A stretch of DNA of 63,946 bases, filler included, from Sandaracinaceae bacterium (GTDB taxonomy: Bacteria; Myxococcota_A; Polyangia; Polyangiales; JADJQN01): assembly GCA_947483975.1 (NCBI GenBank). It is 7 parts of 7 records of this genome, joined end to end, with 100 filler letters (N's around TTAATTAATTAA, not from the genome) between each part and the next. Parts side by side here need not be neighbours in the genome. Positions count along the whole stretch, not along the records: positions 58,681 to 63,946 come from CANKOL010000360.1; 6 more parts are not named here. One strand, 5' to 3'. The position numbers were made by a program, and so were the translations under genes. Below the pieces are notes generated by a model, which was not told where the DNA came from, did not search any database, and saw only the letters and a list, made by a program, of their open reading frames with translations. This document shows positions 59,842 to 63,946 of the stretch, one piece after another. How positions within the stretch are numbered: position 1 is the stretch's first letter; every line of letters starts with the position of its first letter.

Positions 59842-62814
59842 CTAGAATGAGGCGTCCAGGCTTGCGACGAACGAGCGCCCCTGCTGCGGCATCCGCGCGT
59901 TCGCGAAGGTGTTCGTCACGGGGGCGTCGTAGCGCCAGTCGAAGAGGTTGTAGACCCCGAGCGCCCAGCGCACGCCGTACTCGCGGACGCGCCCGGAGAG
60001 CACGAGATCCGCGACGACCGCCCAGCCCGTCTCGGAGTCGTCCTCGAGCCCGATGCGGCGCGGCGCCTCGAGCGAGAGCCGCGTCGCGAGCTGCCCGGCG
60101 AGGAGCGCGACGGGGATGACCGCGCGCGCCGAGCCGAAGTGCCGCGGCACGTTGGGCACGCGGGTGCTCGTCGAGCCGGCGCCGTCGGGCGCGTGCGCGT
60201 AGCGCGCCTCGAGCAGCCCGTAGTTCGCCGAGAGCATGAAGCCGCCGCGCAGCTCGCGGCGCACCTCGAGGTCGCCGCCGACGGTGTAGAAGTCCGAGGA
60301 GCCGTTGGCGTAGTAGACGGGCGTGACGCCGTCCGTCGGGTCCGGGTCGCACGGACCGGAGACGCACTCCGCGGGCGCGTCGAAGGTCTCGATGAACGCC
60401 GCCGCGTACTGCACGTGCGTCGAGGCGAGCGCGACCCAGTCGCGCGAGAGGCGCCGCTGATACTCGAGCTCTCCCGACCAGACGCTCTCCGCGTCGAGGG
60501 CGCGCCCGACGTCCGCCGTCGCGACCTGCGTGCTGCCCTGGTCGCCGTACTCGCGCTCGTAGGCGCTCGGGGCGCGGAACGCGCGGCCCGCCATCAGCTT
60601 GAAGACGTCGCGCGTCGTCGGCTTGAGCACCAGCGCGACGCGCGGGTTCACGTTGACGCCGAAGGTGCTCCAGCCGTCGATGCGCGCGCCGGCCGAGAGC
60701 CGCACCGCGCGCGTCGGGCGCCACTCGACGAGCGCGTAGCCCGCGTACACCTGAAACGGCGCGTGCGCGTTCAGGTAGTACGAGCCGACCGCCGGGCGCG
60801 GCGCGTCGTAGCCCTGCAGCGTCACCTGCGGGCTCGCCTGCACCTCGCCGCCGATGGTCAAGCGCAGCGGGTCCACGGGCTCGAGCACGACGCGAGCCTC
60901 CCCGCCGAACCAGGTGCCGCGATACTCCTCGGTCGTGAAGCTCGTCTCGGCCGCCGTCGCGCCGTCGTACGCGTAGTCGCCGTCGAAGCGGTAGTGGTTG
61001 GCGAAGACGCGCGTGAAGAGCCGCGCGCGGCTCGAGAGCGTCGGCTCGAAGCGCAGCTCGAGGAGGCCGCGCGAGTCCTTCCAGCGCGTGCGCGCGTCGC
61101 CGAAGCGCGTGCCGAACGCGCCGGTCGGGATGCGCTGATCGCGGTGCGTGACGAACCACTGCAGGGTCAGCGCCTTCCACCACGCGCGGCCGTTGAGCGT
61201 CGCCGCCTCGAAGGTGTTGAAGCCGCTCGTCGTGCCGACGTCGGCGATCGTCACGTCGCGCCCGCCCGAGCGCGCGACCGCGAGGCTCGTCCACACGCCA
61301 CGGTCCCGGCCGAGGTTGAGCGTGAAGCCCCCGCGCGCGCGGGCGACCGAGTCTTCATACGTCGAGAGCCCCACCCAGCCGCTCGTCGGCTCGTCGCGCG
61401 AGCGCGTGATCAGGTTGACGACGCCGCTGACCGCGCCCGTGCCGTAGAGCACCGAGCCCGGGCCGCGCACGACCTCGATGCGCTCGACGTCGCCGAGGTC
61501 GACGCGCCCGTCGTAGCCCGTGTAGGACTGATAGAGGATGTTGTCGTTGAGCACGGCGCCGTCCTGCAAGATCAGCAGGCGATTGCCGTAGTCGTTCGGC
61601 TGCCCGAGCCCGCGCACCGAGATGGAGCCGTAGGCCGAGTCGAACGTCAGCGACATCCCGCGCGTGCCGCGGAGCGCCTCGGCGATGGTCGGATAGCGAA
61701 ACGCCTCGAGCTCCTGCGCGGTGAGCACGCTGAGCGAGGACGGCGCGTCCTCGAGCGTCTCCGGCAAGCGCGAGGCGGTCGTCACCTCGCGGAGCGGCAC
61801 GAGCTGGAGCCCGCGCAGATCCGCCTGCGCGCCCTCGCGCACCTCGACCGTGCGCTCGATGGGCTCGTAGCCGCGCAGCGTCACGCGCACGACGCGCGCG
61901 CCGACCGGCACCGTCGGCACGACGACCGGCGTGAAGCCGACGGGCTCGCCGTCGATCTCGACGAGCGCGTCAGGCTCGTCGGCCTCGATCACCGCTGAGC
62001 CGGTGACGGCGCTCGCCGTCGCGCGCACGACGAAGGTGTCGTTCGCGCGCACGCTCACCTGCCGCGGCGCGAGGCGGAAGCCGTCTCGTCGGAAGAAGAG
62101 CAGGTGCGCGCCCGGGCGCAGCGAGAGCTCGCAAGGCGCCGTGCACGCGGCCTCTGCGCGCTCGTCGTCGACGTGCACGGTCGTCGGTCCGTCGGCCTCG
62201 ATGTGCACCGTGCCGACGATCGGCCGGAGCACGAGCCGCACGTGCGCCTCCTGCCCGACGTGCGCGACCGTCGGCTCGCTCGACGCGTCGATGTAGCCGT
62301 CGAGCGACGCGAGGATGCGGTAGGTGCCCTCCGCCAGCGCGAGCTTGCGCGGCGCCCGCGCGACCGAGCCGAGGTCCCGCCGCTCGACGTAGAGCGTCGC
62401 GCCGGGCGGCTCCGTCTCGACCGCGAGCAGCGCGACCTGCGGCGCGATGCGCACGAGCGCGGCGTCGATGTCCGCGACGATGCCCGCGTCCGTCTCGCCG
62501 TCGCGCGCGTCGGTGTACCAGCGATAGGCGTCCGCGAAGCGCGAGAGGTGCTCGAAGGTGCGCGCGATGTTGAACACCACGTTGCGGTTCCCGACGAGGC
62601 GGTTCGACAGCATGAAGTGCTGCAGCGCCTGCCGAAAATCCCCCGCGCGGTAGTAGTCCGCGCCGATCTGGAAGTTCAGCTCTGCCTCGTCCGCGAGCCC
62701 GTCGGCGCGCGCCGTCGAGGGCGCCCCGAGCGTGAGCCGGGCGAGGAGCAGCGTCGCCGCGACAGCAGCGGCGAGCACGCGGACGCGGGGGTGGCGGCGC
62801 TCGACAAAGGGCAT
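59842..62814 (-). CDS. TonB-dependent receptor with N-terminal TPR and PEGA domains
   Basis: Signal peptide, TPR-like helices, TEPPGATLYV PEGA repeats, plug motif ERIEVVRGPGSVLYG, barrel end YNLFD...GRSF, terminal Phe; start at ATG 62814. Confidence 0.92.
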   Translation of the reverse strand: MPFVERRHPRVRVLAAAVAATLLLARLTLGAPSTARADGLADEAELNFQIGADYYRAGDFRQALQHFMLSNRLVGNRNVVFNIARTFEHLSRFADAYRWYTDARDGETDAGIVADIDAALVRIAPQVALLAVETEPPGATLYVERRDLGSVARAPRKLALAEGTYRILASLDGYIDASSEPTVAHVGQEAHVRLVLRPIVGTVHIEADGPTTVHVDDERAEAACTAPCELSLRPGAHLLFFRRDGFRLAPRQVSVRANDTFVVRATASAVTGSAVIEADEPDALVEIDGEPVGFTPVVVPTVPVGARVVRVTLRGYEPIERTVEVREGAQADLRGLQLVPLREVTTASRLPETLEDAPSSLSVLTAQELEAFRYPTIAEALRGTRGMSLTFDSAYGSISVRGLGQPNDYGNRLLILQDGAVLNDNILYQSYTGYDGRVDLGDVERIEVVRGPGSVLYGTGAVSGVVNLITRSRDEPTSGWVGLSTYEDSVARARGGFTLNLGRDRGVWTSLAVARSGGRDVTIADVGTTSGFNTFEAATLNGRAWWKALTLQWFVTHRDQRIPTGAFGTRFGDARTRWKDSRGLLELRFEPTLSSRARLFTRVFANHYRFDGDYAYDGATAAETSFTTEEYRGTWFGGEARVVLEPVDPLRLTIGGEVQASPQVTLQGYDAPRPAVGSYYLNAHAPFQVYAGYALVEWRPTRAVRLSAGARIDGWSTFGVNVNPRVALVLKPTTRDVFKLMAGRAFRAPSAYEREYGDQGSTQVATADVGRALDAESVWSGELEYQRRLSRDWVALASTHVQYAAAFIETFDAPAECVSGPCDPDPTDGVTPVYYANGSSDFYTVGGDLEVRRELRGGFMLSANYGLLEARYAHAPDGAGSTSTRVPNVPRHFGSARAVIPVALLAGQLATRLSLEAPRRIGLEDDSETGWAVVADLVLSGRVREYGVRWALGVYNLFDWRYDAPVTNTFANARMPQQGRSFVASLDASF

Positions 62815-62884
62815 CGTATTGTGTGCCAGCCTACACGATGCCCGGCCGATGGTGGAGGGCCCCCGGCGGCGTATGCTGCGCGCC

Positions 62885-63673
62885 ATGGCGAGCGACTTCC
62901 TACATACGACCCCGGTGGCGCTCGGCAAGCGCGTGCACCGCCTCGGCTTGGCGACGAACTACGGCATCGACGAGGCGGGCGTGCGCCGCGCGATGGACCG
63001 CGGCGTCAACGCGTTCCTCGTCACGGGGCGCGGCAAGAAGTCCCTCGGACCGCCGCTGCGCGAGGTGTTCAAGAAGGACCGCGACGCGCAGGTCGTGATG
63101 GGCTTCGCGACGATCGGCTTCGCCGGCTGGGGCGTGAAGCGCGCCGCGGACGCGCTCCGCAAGGACCTCGGCACCGACTACCTCGACGTGCTCCTGCTCG
63201 GCTGGCTCGGCGTCGGCAGCGCGTGGACCGAGGGCACCGTGGACGCGCTGAAAGAGCTCCGCGCGAGCGGCGTGATCCGGGCGTTTGGCGCGAGCATCCA
63301 CGACCGCCCGCGCGCCGGGAAGCTCGCCGAGGAGCGCGCCGTGGACCTCTTGATGATCCGCTACAACGCCGCGCACCCGGGCGCCGAGCGCGACGTCTTC
63401 CCGCACGTGCGCGAGCGCAGCCCGTCCGTGCTCGCCTACACCGCGACGGCGTGGCGCAAGCTGCTGAAGCGCCCGAAGGGCTGGGACGGCCCCGTGATGA
63501 GCGCGGGCGACTGCTACCGCTTTCAGCTCTCGAGTCCGCACGTCGACTTCGCGCTGACGGGCCCGAAGACGACCGCCGAGCTCGACGCGAACCTCGACGC
63601 CGTCGAGAAGGGCGCGCTCGACGAGGACGAGGCGAAGTGGATGCGCGCGTTCGGCCAAGCCGCGCACGGCTGA
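62885..63673 (+). CDS. Aldo/keto reductase family protein
   Basis: RLGLA, LGTDYLDVLLL, GVIRAFGASIH, MIRYNAAH, ELDANL. Confidence 0.8.
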   Translation: MASDFLHTTPVALGKRVHRLGLATNYGIDEAGVRRAMDRGVNAFLVTGRGKKSLGPPLREVFKKDRDAQVVMGFATIGFAGWGVKRAADALRKDLGTDYLDVLLLGWLGVGSAWTEGTVDALKELRASGVIRAFGASIHDRPRAGKLAEERAVDLLMIRYNAAHPGAERDVFPHVRERSPSVLAYTATAWRKLLKRPKGWDGPVMSAGDCYRFQLSSPHVDFALTGPKTTAELDANLDAVEKGALDEDEAKWMRAFGQAAHG

Positions 63674-63741
63674 GCGCGTCTCAACGCGGTGTCTCTCCAC
63701 GGTCACTCTCTGCGCCCGCTCCTGCTAGAACCGAGGCCCTC

Positions 63742-63946
63742 ATGACCCCGCGCCGCCTGCTCGTGCTCCTCTCTGCGCTCCTCGTCTTGGTCGCGGCCTG
63801 CGGCAGCGCGCAGCCCGTCGCGGACCCGCCCGCGAACGGCGGCGACGACACGATCCACTACACTCAGCCGCCCACGCCCGACGAGCCCGCGGACCTCGTC
63901 GCGCCCGTCGTCGCGCCGCCGTCCGAGGCCGTCGCCGACGGTCAGC
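63742..63946 (+). CDS. Lipoprotein, N-terminal fragment (runs off the window)
   Basis: MTPRRLLVLLSALLVLVAAC lipobox; GAGG RBS. Confidence 0.7.
   Translation, partial: MTPRRLLVLLSALLVLVAACGSAQPVADPPANGGDDTIHYTQPPTPDEPADLVAPVVAPPSEAVADGQ

Overview
This window is not one locus. It holds seven unrelated contigs (about 9.6-9.8 kb each, in descending length order, the last cut by the window edge) joined by artificial 100-bp linkers (44 N + TTAATTAATTAA + 44 N), so gene neighbourhood is only meaningful within a contig. The DNA is very GC-rich. Its gene repertoire (Hanks kinases, PEGA/TPR proteins, Cys-rich lipoproteins, PilY1 cluster) points by inference to a Myxococcota (Polyangiales-like) genome or MAG. 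Contig 1: KAS-III, ECF sigma and anti-sigma, mreBCD-mrdA-rodA, purE, nitrilase. Contig 2: hybrid histidine kinase with an in-frame TGA, a short RlmN-like radical SAM enzyme, two tandem paralogous Cys-rich beta-propeller lipoproteins. Contig 3: HEAT/TPR protein, fimU-pilV-pilW-pilX-pilY1-like cluster, tRNA-Leu(CAG), then an att-like segment and the start of an IS1182-type transposase. Contig 4: probable rRNA-operon promoter/leader, astA, dtd, a phased 42-43-bp motif array before an unknown helical protein, a kinase with two TPR-PEGA proteins, coaE, SDR. Contig 5: histone-H1-like protein, dnaE, YXWGXW protein, MutH-like endonuclease, rsgA. Contig 6: murE-murF-mraY-murD-ftsW-murG-murC. Contig 7: kinase, TPR-PEGA-TonB-dependent receptor fusion, aldo-keto reductase. 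The most unusual signals are the seven-unit phased array at 31781-32050 with its partner gene, the TPR-PEGA/TBDT/Hanks-kinase module, and a complete MutH in a non-gammaproteobacterial context. All family assignments come from recognising motifs by eye; no database searches were run.
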